Positions 24,001-36,478 of a stretch of DNA of 64,000 nucleotides are shown here, piece after piece. The DNA comes from Podarcis melisellensis (Eukaryota), in NCBI GenBank assembly GCA_964234715.1, contig OZ174276.1. The stretch is one strand, 5' to 3'. A program made the position numbers and the translations under genes. Under the pieces are notes generated by a model. It made no database searches. It saw only the letters and a program-made list of their open reading frames with translations, and was not told the origin of the DNA. The stretch's first letter is position 1. Every line of letters starts with the position of its first letter.

Positions 24001-27000
24001 CCGTCTTGTCACTCCCTCATGATTTAGGTGATTTAGGCCTTCTCAAAAAGATTAAGTGCCACATATCCATCTACTTGTTTTATATTAATTCTTTGCCATA
24101 TTAGGGAAGGAAAGGTTGGACAAAGAGTGGAAATATTTGACGATGATGCAGGCACTGGCCATAGCCAGGTTTGCTGAACCAGAGTTCAGCTCTGGAGCAA
24201 AAAAAAAAGCTATGTCTTTGGACTGAATGAGAAGGTGCCTCCAAACCTGCTTCTATAATTGATAATATCTGTCTTCACCTTATTTTTAGTAAGGCTTTCT
24301 CCTAAAATTCTTCTCTGGTTAAGTCAAAAATCAAATCAAATCACAGATTACTTTTCAGTAATTTAGCCAATTTTTAAATTGTGCATCAGATTGATAAATC
24401 CGTAACATAATTGATATAAACATTTTGGTATCTGCCAATAACTTTATTAAACATGTCAGCCCTGTTTCAAAATCCTGCTCACCACCAGCTTCCCCATGCT
24501 TGGCATGCTGTCATGCATATTACTGGAAATTACAGCTTTTACCTTAAAATGAACCACAAACAGTCACACCATGCTTCCTGTGGGCTTTAAATTAACAGCT
24601 GCTGAGTTTAGGTGGGCAGGGAACATTTTTCTCTTTCGAAAATAAAAGTATCATTTCTTTTTGCTGGTGTTATAAAGAAGCCACATTTCTGATTGTTTGT
24701 AAGTTTTGGTACAGTACTTAAAATGTCTCGTTCTAGACCTGACATCCGTGCCCCCCTATGCAACAGCATTACTTGTTCTAGGAAATATTTGAGAGGTACC
24801 AACATCTTGGGAAATACAGACATCTGTTCAAGTCTAGGTGATGAATCATCACACAAAATGACACCACACCACCAATACTGCTACAATACAGTGACTGGGT
24901 CAAGAACAAGAAGAATGCTCAATTAGTTAGGAAGATACTGGAAAGATTAAGACAACATCCTGACATCGAGGGTATCAATGGGGTGTGCGTGTGTATGGGG
25001 TGGGGGAAGGAGGGAGTAAAATGGTAGGCAAAGAAAAGCAAGAAAATAATGACAAGAAGGCCTATAATAAAACAACAGGCACCAGCAAGGATGGAGAGGG
25101 GGAAAACAGGTTCTAAATCAAGCTGCTTTGGAGGGCTCAGTAAAAAACAAGGAATGAACTTCTATTGATTGATTATGGAGTCACATTGATTTGATCTGAA
25201 ACCAGAATCCAGGATATAAATGGCAAAGCATCTTTTGTGTACCATCATCAAGTTACACAGAGTGGTGGCGATTCAGACTGCATTTTATGCCGATAGTAAT
25301 AAGAGAGCTAGTAGTATTAAGGTAATTTCAGTCTTCCCTCTCATCTTGGAAGATTAGATACAACTCTAGCTCTCTTTCACACCAGAGTGAAGGAGGGAAC
25401 ATGACAAAGGATTATTGGATACTGTCCAGTGTGCATAGTATGTCAGAGCAATAAGGCTCATTCGACCACCATATTGACCTCATAGTGACTGGCAACCCCA
25501 CTGAGTAAACATGCCAACTGAGAGCCCCTTTTATTCACAATTTATGCAGGACATAGCCCAAAGCGGGCAAAACATATTCCTATTTTTCTTTGGATTCTGT
25601 AGAATGATGTTCTGAAGTGATCTGGTGTGGCAACTGTAAACAGCTGTCTAACAGTGTTGGCATTTATGTATCATTTTGAATGGCATAACGTTTCACAAAT
25701 AGGGGGTCGAATGCTCCCCCAAGCCTTCATCAAGTGGATAAGCGGTCAGGGATGCAGCTCTTACTAAGCAGCTGGATTTACAAACTGTCCAGAGAATATT
25801 GAGTTCAAAGTGATGTGCATGGGAGTAACACTGACATTTAAACAAGTGGTTTTATTAGTCTTTTTTTTTTTAGTGAGTGGCATTTTTTAAAAGCAAAGTG
25901 GAAAATGGTTAAATTGTTCCCATTGAGAGTTTTCCAGCTGCGACAGACAGCATCCTGTCCAAAAATAAAATCTTGACTTTATACCAGTAAACAATACAGA
26001 TAGATAGCACCATTTTCTTTCTACAATTTGTAAAATGCAAAGAAAGAAAGACATCCTGGGTTTTCAGGTTTGAATGACTCATTAGGGCTAGTTTGTAGAG
26101 CATGGGTATCATTGGTTTCCTACTGTCACACACATTTAAAGTACTTTCACAAAAGAGTCTCTTTCTGTCCTTTCACACCAATGAGCATTACATTGTGTTT
26201 AATAATGTGAGCATCAGTATGAGGCAACAACAAAGGGAAGACAAAGCACAGGTCTGAGAATCAGACACAAGAAAAGGCAAGCCAAGAGGTTCTTTGTGAG
26301 CCTGCACTGAAGAATGGCCCACTTGGGACGACGCCAAAGCATTCAAAACAAACAAATGCAACGGAACACTCAAATGTACATCTAAGATTTTAAGATTAGA
26401 ATCACACTGAAAGGACAAGTCTCAGGAGATTTTTCTCTAGCTCTTGTCCAAGGGGATGGACAGGACTGATCTCCTAGCCCACACAGAGAAATTGAACATG
26501 TGAATGCAAAGAAATGGAACATAAAGAATGGTAATGTTGAGGAGATTCAGGATTTATTAAAATGAGCTAGGTCATTTTTTGCAAGCCATATATATCTTTA
26601 AAATCCCCTTCTGATTTATTCCTCTGTAATGCTCTTTATTTACTTTTTTACACAACTTGTATTATTAGAGTTGCACTTCAAATTAGCCCTATACCTATCA
26701 GGGTCTGTGTTAATGTGCATCATGCTTAAATAGGCACCATATTCACTTATCCCCTGGAACTACCATATAATTTGAAGAATTTGGAAAAGTCGCCCTGCAA
26801 GATTGCTGCAGACAATTTGTCTAATGTATGCAACCTTTCCTGGTTTTCCAAAGTTGCAACACTTGCCAGTGATGTGTTCTTCTGGCTTACAACCCAACAG
26901 CTGATTCAATGTTTGGCAATTATGACCAGGGTCACTGAGGTGGAAAAGTCCTTGAGACTCTCACACAAAATATGCCCAGTCTGGTTTTTACAAATGCATA

Positions 27001-27497
27001 GAATGACTAGAAGGATTTCCTGGCAGCCAATGTAAGGTTCAGTTATCTTATGCTATGTAAAGATGTGGACTTGAGTTGAGCAATCAAATTCCTGTTGCTA
27101 TTTTGAGTTTTTCTAAAGGTGGATTAAAGAGACTGTCCTTTATTAGGCAATGTTTGATTCTGTGCTTGCTGAAGTAAAGAATTTGCTAAGCAGGCCCAGA
27201 GCTATAGATCTGATTTGGACTACATGCCTTTCTGTCTCTTGCTAAATCTTGTTTAATGAAGTAGGACATGTCATCACTTTTTCTCACAGTGAAAACAACA
27301 CAAACGTTCTCCTTTATAATTTGTTTAAATGTGTGGATTATTTATTTTTCAGTGGAGGAACATTCAATTGCAGGAGCCCCCACTGCAGTCTAAAGGAGCA
27401 GGACAATGGGGTATCACCTCATTAAGAAGTTGGGCTAAGGCTTGGGCACTGTACAGATAAGGAGCTGTCCCCTAAACAGATCATGCTGTTAGGTATA

Positions 27498-27752
27498 CAG
27501 CAGTACCTCGGTTTTCAAACCTATTTCTCTGTTCTGGAAGACTGTTTGAGTTCTGAAACATTTGAAAACTGAGGCGCAAAGGGCGGTCTGCAAATTTCAT
27601 AGAGAAAATTGAGAAAAATGCAGTGGCACCTCAGCGGAAGCCATTTGACTTCCGAGGCACGTTCGAAAATGGAAGCATTTACTTCTGGGTTTTCGGCGTT
27701 CGAAAACCGAAACGATTGTCAACGGAGACATTCAAAAACCAAGGTACCACTG
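27498..27752. mobile_element. Tc1/mariner-type MITE (different internal sequence)
   Basis: TIRs cagcagtacctcggtttt / aaaaccaaggtaccactg, TA flanks. Confidence 0.85.
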
Positions 27753-28696
27753 TATACCTAACAGCATGATCTCAAATGCATTTTGGAATATGTTTTCGAC
27801 TGATTTCAGTGGACTCTTTCTTCCCAAATAACATAGCTGAGGAGAATTGTCCACATGCACAGATCAGTATCTAGGCAAGTAAAACATTGATAGCTGATGC
27901 AGGTATTACATTTTACTTCAAAATACAGTTAATAGAGCAGAGCTGCAATGCCCTCCCCAAATATCTCCTGATATTTTAGGGCTGCAAAATGGGGGAGGGA
28001 TTTTGCCAAATATTCTTTTGGGTTCAGGAATGAATTGTATCAACCATTTTTCTTACAAAACTCTCTTCTGAAAAATTCTCCCCAGTCTCCAGATCTACCT
28101 TAAGCAAGGTGGTACCGGGGAAGGATACAAAACAATATAGGACTTTGGTGTGTGTGGGGGGAGCCCATTACAGAACATTGTATACAAAATATTCTGCAAA
28201 AATATATTTGTCACCTGAGGAGACACTATTTTTAGCTCTGGTGACTACCCCTCTCATGGTCAGTACAAAATGAGGGACCTCCCCCCGAGTCTCCGCACAT
28301 CTGTACAAGGTTAATCACCACACATCAAATAGCTCCAAAGTGGATGACCCAGACATTATCCAAAAAATCTCTTCCTGAAAACAACCAAAAAACAAAGAAA
28401 AGAACGTCGAAGGGAAGTCGGCAATATTTGTGATGAAAAAGAAAAAGAAAACCTGCTAAAAAGGTAAGGTTAAGACCATAACATCAAAAATGTGTCAGTG
28501 ATAAGTCAAACCTGCAGACGTTTCTAATTTTTTTAAAACAAGCACAAAAACAACATGCGTGAAATGCAGAAAAACCAAGAAAAGGCCTTCCACCACACAC
28601 AATCTAGCAAGCTGCCTCACAGGACCAGTGGGCGGCCGTTAAGTCACACAGCACTGCCATTCACGTGAGACAAAGACAGCAAGGACTTCCCAGTAC

Positions 28697-28747
28697 CTGG
28701 CACTGCACTGGCTGAGCTGTCCATTATTACATCATCCAGCATTAGAT
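28697..28747 (-). CDS. CACNA1G: CACNA1G cassette exon 26 (51 nt): (D/N)LMLDDVIMDSSASAVP, III-IV linker
   Basis: ttcgttcttctag acceptor, CAG|gtactg donor, phase 1-1; matches mammalian exon 26 (NLMLDDVIASGSSASAAS). Too short for the ORF track. Confidence 0.92.
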
Positions 28748-28956
28748 CTAGAAGAACGAAAGGGCATTAAATCACTGGAGAGGATGCGAGGCCAATCCTT
28801 CATTCCATCTTCATCGCTTCATGCACCCGTCACTCTGACAAAAGCACACCGTCAACCTGGCAGGGCGAAAACAAGGCTTCTGCCTGCCTACAACCGTTAC
28901 CCACAAACGCACCCACACATTTCAGTGGAGTTTAGATAGAAGCAATGTAGAGTATA

Positions 28957-29109
28957 ACTCCTGTGGTGCAATGGGTCAGTGGATTTGGCTGTTAACCAGA
29001 AGGTTGGTGGTTTGAGCCCAGCCAGGGACAAGTGTGGGCAGGATTCCTGCATTGCAGGGGGTTGGACTGGATGAGCCTCAGGTCCCCTTCCAACTCTACA
29101 ATTCTATGA
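28957..29109 (+). mobile_element. SINE with tRNA-Asn(GTT)-derived head and CR1 tail
   Basis: ctgtggtgcaatgggtcagtggatttggctgttaaccagaaggttggtggtttgagcccagccagggac matches tRNA-Asn; tail gattcctgcattgcagggggttggactggatg...ccttccaactctacaattctatga. Confidence 0.85.
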
Positions 29110-30859
29110 GCAGAGAGCACCCAGTTCCACACCATCAGAAGGAGGGTGGTCTTTATTGGCAAATCAGCCTTTTAAATTTGTAGGCAAGGACAATGTGGTC
29201 TTATGATTTAACACTTGTACAGTGCCTAGCCATTTGAGATTACCGTAAGTATTCATAGTAGTATAATTCATGTTGCCTTTCAGTTTAAAAGCCCCAAGAT
29301 TGGCATTAAGAACATTATAATATAAAACTAAATAATGTTATTAATGTCATTAAAAAATAATATTAAGAATGAAAACACTCAGAATACTGATAGGCTGGGG
29401 CTGCGAGAGGCTACCCCAAAGGGTTGCTCACACTCAGAGGAATTTGTACAGTAGCTTTTTGGCAGCAGCAGCACATCACCATCAAAGCCTATGCTCACAA
29501 ATCTTTCAAATGCTTTTCACAATGCAGCGTTTGGGAAGTGTGCACACGCATACAGGGCAACATAAACCCAAGACACCTCTGAGATAAACAGAACTAGTTG
29601 ATCCTGAGCAATGTAATGGTTGGTGAGCAGAATATGAGGTTCTTATCCACTGTGATGCACTGGCAGACAGCTAAGGGGAAAATGGTCCTCTCTCATAAAT
29701 CAATGTAGCCTTCAGGGGAACTATATGTTACAGTGGAATAAACTAGGATTATTACGGGTAAATAACAGTGGCAGGCAAAGGGAAGCCCCAAATGTAACTA
29801 TAGACCATTCCTTCCATATTCTCAAGTCAATAAAGTATTAAAGTTATCAGCATGACATCTGGGATAGCATCACCTCAGGAAAAAAATATGAAATCTGTAA
29901 TCCTTTCTAAAGAAATATAAAGGAGAAGCTGAAACCTGCTTTCTTGTAGTCTTTTGACCCAAAGCAGTACCCACAAAATCCCATTAAAACCAGTGGGGCT
30001 ATGCCAGGACTAGTCTAGACTCAAGTAACTACCTAGTCACATGGTCGGTACTGGGCCCAGGGCAACATAATACAGTACAACCTTGACATCAGTATTGGTC
30101 CCTATGTGATAAGTAAACATACAGGGAGTTGGGTGGAAAAATTCTAGTTACTATACAGTCTTCATGCCACTTACCCCAGAGGAATCTCACCATTTCAACC
30201 AACTGTATAACTAATGGGTTATTTAGAAATAAATATTTTAAGAGGTGGAATGCTACATTATGTGCGAACATGTAGAACAAAACTCCAGTGACCACATCTG
30301 TTAGGAACCCATTTGGAGTAGAGAGCTGGCAAAGGGAAGGGCTCTTTATCACTCCCAATATTCATTGCTTTTCTACTTCGGTGCCTTCCTCTGAACATTT
30401 TTTAAGAGTTCCAGACATGTTTGTTAGGGGAAACATGCATCTAGACAAGAGATAGAGGAGAAATTTGTGCAGTCTGCATTTTTAAGCAAACCAACCTTAT
30501 AAGCCAGCCCTGGACTTATATGCAGTTCAGAACACAGTTGACAAATCAGTTTCAGCTTTTAAAAAAAGCATACAAAGATGTGTATTTTACAGAAAAATGC
30601 ACAAAATATGCACTTCTAGGGGGGACTGCATACAAAAGTCCATGCAAAATATGTAAGTTAAATGCATATATTTAGTGCATTTCCTTTTTTTAAAAAAAAT
30701 AGCAACAAATAGGATAGGATATTCCTTACATGCAAAACTGACATGGACCAGAAAGAGGGTAATTCATCCATCCCTAAACTAGAACTGTGTGAGGGGAAAA
30801 TAGGGTTGGCTTGTTGGAGCAGGAAAACAGTTGTTTGATGATGAGAGAACCATCCTGAC

Positions 30860-31152
30860 CAGGACTGGCCTGAGACATTTTGCAAAATGCCATGATGACC
30901 CCTCCCCAATTCAGGCCCCCACCACATCCTTGCCATCACACTCACATTGCCACCGACTCTGCCACCGCAACTGCACCCTTGCCTGTGGATGTGCCCACAG
31001 TTCCACCACAATGCAGCAGCAGTGAAGGCAATGGTGTTGCAGTGGCTGCACTAGCGAAGCCCCGGGGAGGCTGGCAATGGGGCAATGGCAGCGGTTGGAT
31101 GTGCTGCCTGAGGCAGACGGCTTTCATATCACCTCATTGACAGGGTGCTCTT
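30860..31152. mobile_element. Degenerate GC-rich non-autonomous DNA transposon
   Basis: Ends caggactggcc... and ...gctgcctgaggcag...cctcattgacagggtgctcttg; internal inverted cattgcc/ggcaatg motifs. Explains the overlapping spurious ORFs here. Confidence 0.4.
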
Positions 31153-32571
31153 GATCCCATCCTCCATTGCCAGTGAACACAACTTTCCCACCCCAATTGC
31201 TCCCTTCCAAAGCTACCCAATGGTTTGGAAGTGGCCACCATAGATTTGTAGGCACTTATTTTTCCACAGCACATAGTTCTGCCCTTAGGCACATTTGTTG
31301 TACACATGTCAAAGAGTGTTCTGCCAGGGCAAACTCAACTGGCACTTGTGCCTGCAATCTTAAAAAAACCTTTTTCCTCATTGTACTAAGCAACAGATTT
31401 GTCTGCTAATAAATGCAATTTTCACTCCAACAGACTGCAAATGAATGTTATAATTCTAAAATGATTATAAGAGGACAATTTCTTTCTTCTGTAAATTTTA
31501 TATGGTAGTTTCTTTTGCAAGAACTTCCCATTCTTCAGCAGACTATTTCAACCCATGTCCCAATACATTAGAGAACTAACTGGCAATATCATTCCATGCA
31601 CAGAGTGGACTGTGACTTTCTTTTAGGAAATTCCTCATACCTCATGTGTGCCCCCCCCCCCTTATGTCTGCTGTCGTAGCCAACATAATTCAAAGTATTT
31701 CAGGATTTATTTATTTTTTTGAAAACACGATGAAATATTAAGCTTTTCCAAGTGGTTCTTTTAAAAGTAACAATAATCACAGCCAAAGTGAAATTATTTT
31801 CCAGGGAATTATGATGTGACAATGGGAGCTCACATTAAATGAAAGGGTGTTCAATATGTTACAGCTAGGGAAGAAGCTATAAAATCCTCACTTTCTCTGT
31901 TGAAGCCTTTGTAACGAGTATCATTAGTGGAATCATAACTATGAGATTTATGAATTATGCTTATGGTTTTATTGTAGCAAATACTAAATCCCTAAATACC
32001 TATGTTAATTTCCAAACTTAGGAAGAAAGCTGAAGGTGTTATACAAGTAGCCTGGACCACATAAAATTATGTCACACATTACTTTTAACTGTGGTTCGAT
32101 TTTTACACTTAACTTGTAAAACGTATTTTCACAATAATAAGTGTGTCAGAATAATTTATAAGAACATCCATTTTAAGTGTTATTCGTAATATCCAGGGTC
32201 CACCTTTTCCTCATCAATGGAGTAACCACTTAATAAATCATTTGTAAACTGGTGTGTTTTGTAGTCATCCCTATATCAAAGGCTGCATAAGGAAACTAGG
32301 TGACTGTCTAAGGCAGGGGTGAGGAATTTGTGGCCCTCCAGATATTGTTGGACTACAACACCCATCAACCCAACTCTTTCCAGTGCTTGCTTAAAACACA
32401 GACTCCTTTTTGGCCCACTCGTGATTATGTTATTTCATATCTATATGAAGCTCTGGAAGTGGCCATTAGGCGTTTTGGGGCAAATTGCCATCAATATACT
32501 GTTGACAATCAGTTCTATTTCTCCATAATATCTTAATCAGGAAAGACAGGTGCAGAGTTGGGCAACCAAGA

Positions 32572-32750
32572 CGTTCAAGGGTCTGGAAACCAAGCCTTAA
32601 ATAATCATTGTTAATAATTTTATTGTCACATGGAAGATGGAGCAAGCTTGTTTTCTCTTGCTCTGGAGGAGAGTAGGACTCAAACCAATGGCTTCAAGTT
32701 ACAAGAAAGGAGATTCTGACTAAACATCAGGAAGAACTTTCTGACAGTAA
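32572..32750 (+). mobile_element. CR1 LINE ORF2 3' fragment
   Basis: tgtcacatggaagatggagcaagcttgttttct...aatggcttcaagttacaagaaaggagattc..actaaacatcaggaagaactttctgacagtaa, typical of CR1. Confidence 0.75.
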
Positions 32751-35159
32751 AAATACATTTTTTTGTTTAGGCAAGCCTACCCAGACATGTAGAATACTGG
32801 CGTGTTTTAATCTCTTTTTGTTTACTGTTGATTTTAATTATCTTTTGAATGTTTTTTAAACCTGTTCTTATCTGTTTCTTGTTTTTTACTGATTATTCTA
32901 ATGTTTTATTTTTGTAAGCTGTTTAGAGGTTTTAGAGAAGCTGAGAAATATGGCAGTGGGGGAAATACCATAGTGTCTCAAGACAATCTGGGAAATAAGT
33001 AATGAACAGGCAAGTTACAGTAAGCACACTGTGTGAGACAGAGGGGCAGGCCAGGAGTCTAGTGAACCAAGAAATAATGCATAAGATGGTTAATAAGTTC
33101 CCCAGGGCTGTGGCCCACTGAGAGGTGTGAAGGCAAGTAAACATAAAGGATGACAAGGGGCGGGGCTTTCACCTTGAACAAGAAGGGGTGGGTGAGAGGA
33201 GGCATGCCATTTTATATTTCCATATAAGGTCCTACTATGTCAAAGCTAATCCTACGTAGGCCACAATTCTGTGCCAGATTCCACGGGACTGCATTGCTTT
33301 CCAAATGTGTTACAGGCATGACTAGAGCTAGCTTTCCTTTAAAATGGAACTCTTTAAGTAGTGTATAATTCCATTCTTAAATCTTCCCTATTCCCAGAGT
33401 TACTTTACAAGGCTTCCTTTGTTGTAGCAAGAAGCTGCATTTGACAAAACTCTACGCTGGCTGGGAGGCCAAGACTGCTTTATGCACAAAAGTCTGTGAG
33501 GCTTTTTGTCTCTTTACCATGTTTACTGTGTTATTACCACTAAAATATTTGCAGGTGCTATACCAGCAAAACATGGGTGCACGCATACTTTTCATTGACA
33601 CTGATAGATATACTACCAAAGTATCTCCAATAAACCTTTTCACCTTTGTGCCTTTATGCATCGTGGGATGTTTCATGTGTACGAAATCCCATGAACTTTG
33701 GCTAAAAAGAGAACATGAACCCCAATACTGTACATGGACAGTCCTTCCTATAACATGATTTTATGTTCCTTGAGATATAAATCGAAATAGTCATTGTCTT
33801 GGAAAAAATCATGTCAGTTCTGAAATACTTTGAAAGGTCACTTGTGAACATCACAACCTCATAGCTCATTATGGAGCTCTCTTATTTCTGAACAGTGTCA
33901 CAAAATTCATTAATAAACCACAGCTTCAGCATGATTTGTTCATTTCAGATCTTCTGATCTGAAATCCTTACGCTCAAGTAAATAATGTTAAAATATAATC
34001 CTCAAAGTTGTGAATGTCCTTAAGTATCTAGATATTCATTTCATATAATTAATGCTCAAAAACCCCCAACACACAACACAAATCATGGTCCTATCTTGTT
34101 ATACCTATAAAACAACCATACAGGGAATTGCACCATTTTTTTAAAAGTAACTATTAAACAACAACAACATCATCAACAACAACAACAAAGAGAGATTCCT
34201 ACAGATTTACTGGTGTCAGTCTGAAAGGGATGAAATAAATGTGGAAGGGATAATGGGTTGGTGGGGAAAGCCATAAGAACACTTAAAGATGGAAGTAACA
34301 AGAGTGATACCATGAATGAACGCAGGGGCATTTGGGGGAAAAAATCCAAGCAGAATAGAAGGCATGCAAGATGGAGGAGAGTACCTCTGACCTGTGACCT
34401 CTGACCTGAATGTAATTTCCTGTTTTTCAATCAAACAGAACTGAGATAAAAAAGACAATATGTATGTCAAGTTTCTCAGATTTTTAGAGACACATCTACT
34501 ATGGTTACAAAAGGATTTTTAAAAAATTATTCTAAGTGGGCCAACAAGGTTGTGTGCCAGTGGATCTACTTAATTTGGCTAATTTCTGTCTGGTTATTTC
34601 CTTCATCATTTTAAAGAAAAAAAATCTGTATTTCTCAAGCAAATACACTGTATTTTCAAGCATTTCTAAAACAAGGCTGCTTTTTATTATTACATCCTTG
34701 AATGCACGAAGCAGTTTCATCAATCGATATGCAAAACTGGCTCAGAAATTGACAAAAGTGATTTCACTGTGACATTACAAGGCTGTAATAAACCAAATAG
34801 TGAAGCTAATTCTCAGCAACAGTGCTAGACACGCCTAAGATTCTTGGCCTGTTCTGGAACTGTTGGTTTTTGCATTTGACACTATTTGGGTAATGCTAAG
34901 CTTGTGCAATAAAAAAAATACATTTAAAATTATTCTTTTTTAAAAATCACCTAGCGTATAAAGTAGTTGCGAATCATGCAGCCATTGCTATGTTTCTGCG
35001 GCTCGTTACTTAGCCTATGCCAGAACTATATCCTTCATGCAAATTTCATAGCTGGACATGCTTTTGAAAGGAATCTGAGCCTCAGGTGCTAGGCAGGGAG
35101 TTACGGGGAGACTGTCAAAGGTCAAGCAGGACTCAGAAAGATGAGGAAAGACTACCGAC

Positions 35160-35373
35160 CAGCCATCTGTTTCTCCTTACTCCTTCTCTTTTTCTCCAGC
35201 CGCTTGAGTCTCTTCTCCTCTCGTCTCTTGGCTTCTTCTTCTTCCTGATGTTGACGACACTTATGGAAATTCTCCACCACAACTCCCACAAACATGTTGA
35301 GGACAAAGAAGGCAACAATCAGCAGGAAGGAGATGAAGTAGAGGAGCATCCAAGGGTTATAGTTCATGACTGG
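35160..35373 (-). CDS. CACNA1G: CACNA1G exon 25 (214 nt with the 25C extension SKEKQMA; 193 nt ending at 35181 without): III-S6 and start of III-IV linker
   Basis: Overlaps ORF 35152..35367; two in-frame donors 21 nt apart, GGA|gtaagg and CTG|gtcggt. Confidence 0.97.
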
Positions 35374-35574
35374 CTACAAGGCAGAGAAGAAAGCCATTAA
35401 AATTACAACCTAGGAGGGTACCGGGGACAAGGCTGTATAAATGTGCAAAGTAAGATTGGAACATCCTTTGTCTATGAAGACTGTGAGATACGGGGAGGAG
35501 CTGTACCCCTTACAGCTTTGTTTTGTTTTTTTACAAAACTATCTCTTCAATTAACTTAATGCCAAACCACGTAC

Positions 35575-35664
35575 CTGCTGATCCACTCCCACAGCATCCA
35601 ATCCATCATACATGATGTCCACCCACCCATCTTTGGAGGCCAAAACAAACAGAGACATTAAGGC
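35575..35664 (-). CDS. CACNA1G: CACNA1G exon 24 (90 nt): domain III pore loop, [30 protein letters not shown]
   Basis: ttctag acceptor, CAG|gtacgt donor; selectivity-filter Asp in SKDGW. Confidence 0.97.
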
Positions 35665-36352
35665 CTAGAAAGGCAAGAGGAAACACAGCATTACATTTAG
35701 GCCGGAAGAAAACAACTCCTTTCATGTGCCCATCTTCTACCCTATCTGCTCAAGTTTAAACTTGCATTCTAGCTTGTTCTTTTACCTTGCTGATAAAAAT
35801 AATGTGCTTTGATGCCGAACATCTCCTGCCTGCGAAAACCTATCAGTGTCAGACACTGGTCCAACAATGAGGCTTAATTCAAAAAATAGAGGCAGCCAGC
35901 TCCATTTTCACCCTACAGGCTTCCGCCACGCACTTCTAATTAGTTCCTGCCACACTGCTAAAGTATGGATGATTTCCAGTGGACCCTGTAAATGAATGGA
36001 GATGCTAGCAGCATATGGGCTGAGGCGGACGGCAGTTATAGTCCAGCAACATTTGGAGTGCATCTCTTAGGCAAGCATTAGGTTGTGCTGGGTACAGGGT
36101 GTCAAATTTTCTAATATGAGGCTTTTTGATAGACATATGTAGTATGATGTGTAATGGTCCAAGAAGGTGCAAGCCCTTGTTTAATGCAGAAAGGAACTTG
36201 TGCAGACTTACGAACTCTAAAATGGGGGATTTTAAGTGCACATTTTGTGTCTAGGAAATGTGTCATTTGCCACGGTAGCTGCAAAATCGGCAAGAACACT
36301 TAGAATCAGGGGAATAAAGGAGCAAAGAAGCAGATTACCATTCCATTAATAC

Positions 36353-36478
36353 CTGGCCGAGATTATCAAAATTATACTTGTGCCGGACCCATTTGTAGCT
36401 GGCTTCTGCACAGTCCGACCTGTTGGTAATGTTCCTTGTGTCTTCCCCTTGGCAGACAAAAAACTTCCCTTTGAACAA
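36353..36478 (-). CDS. CACNA1G: CACNA1G exon 23 (126 nt): [42 protein letters not shown]
   Basis: Within ORF 36335..36601; tcacag acceptor, CAG|gtatta donor. Confidence 0.97.

Noticed and set aside
28957-29030. Functional tRNA-Asn gene (likewise tRNA-Lys at 11090-11162)
   Set aside because: Mutated stems and B box, fused directly to a CR1 tail; these are SINE heads.
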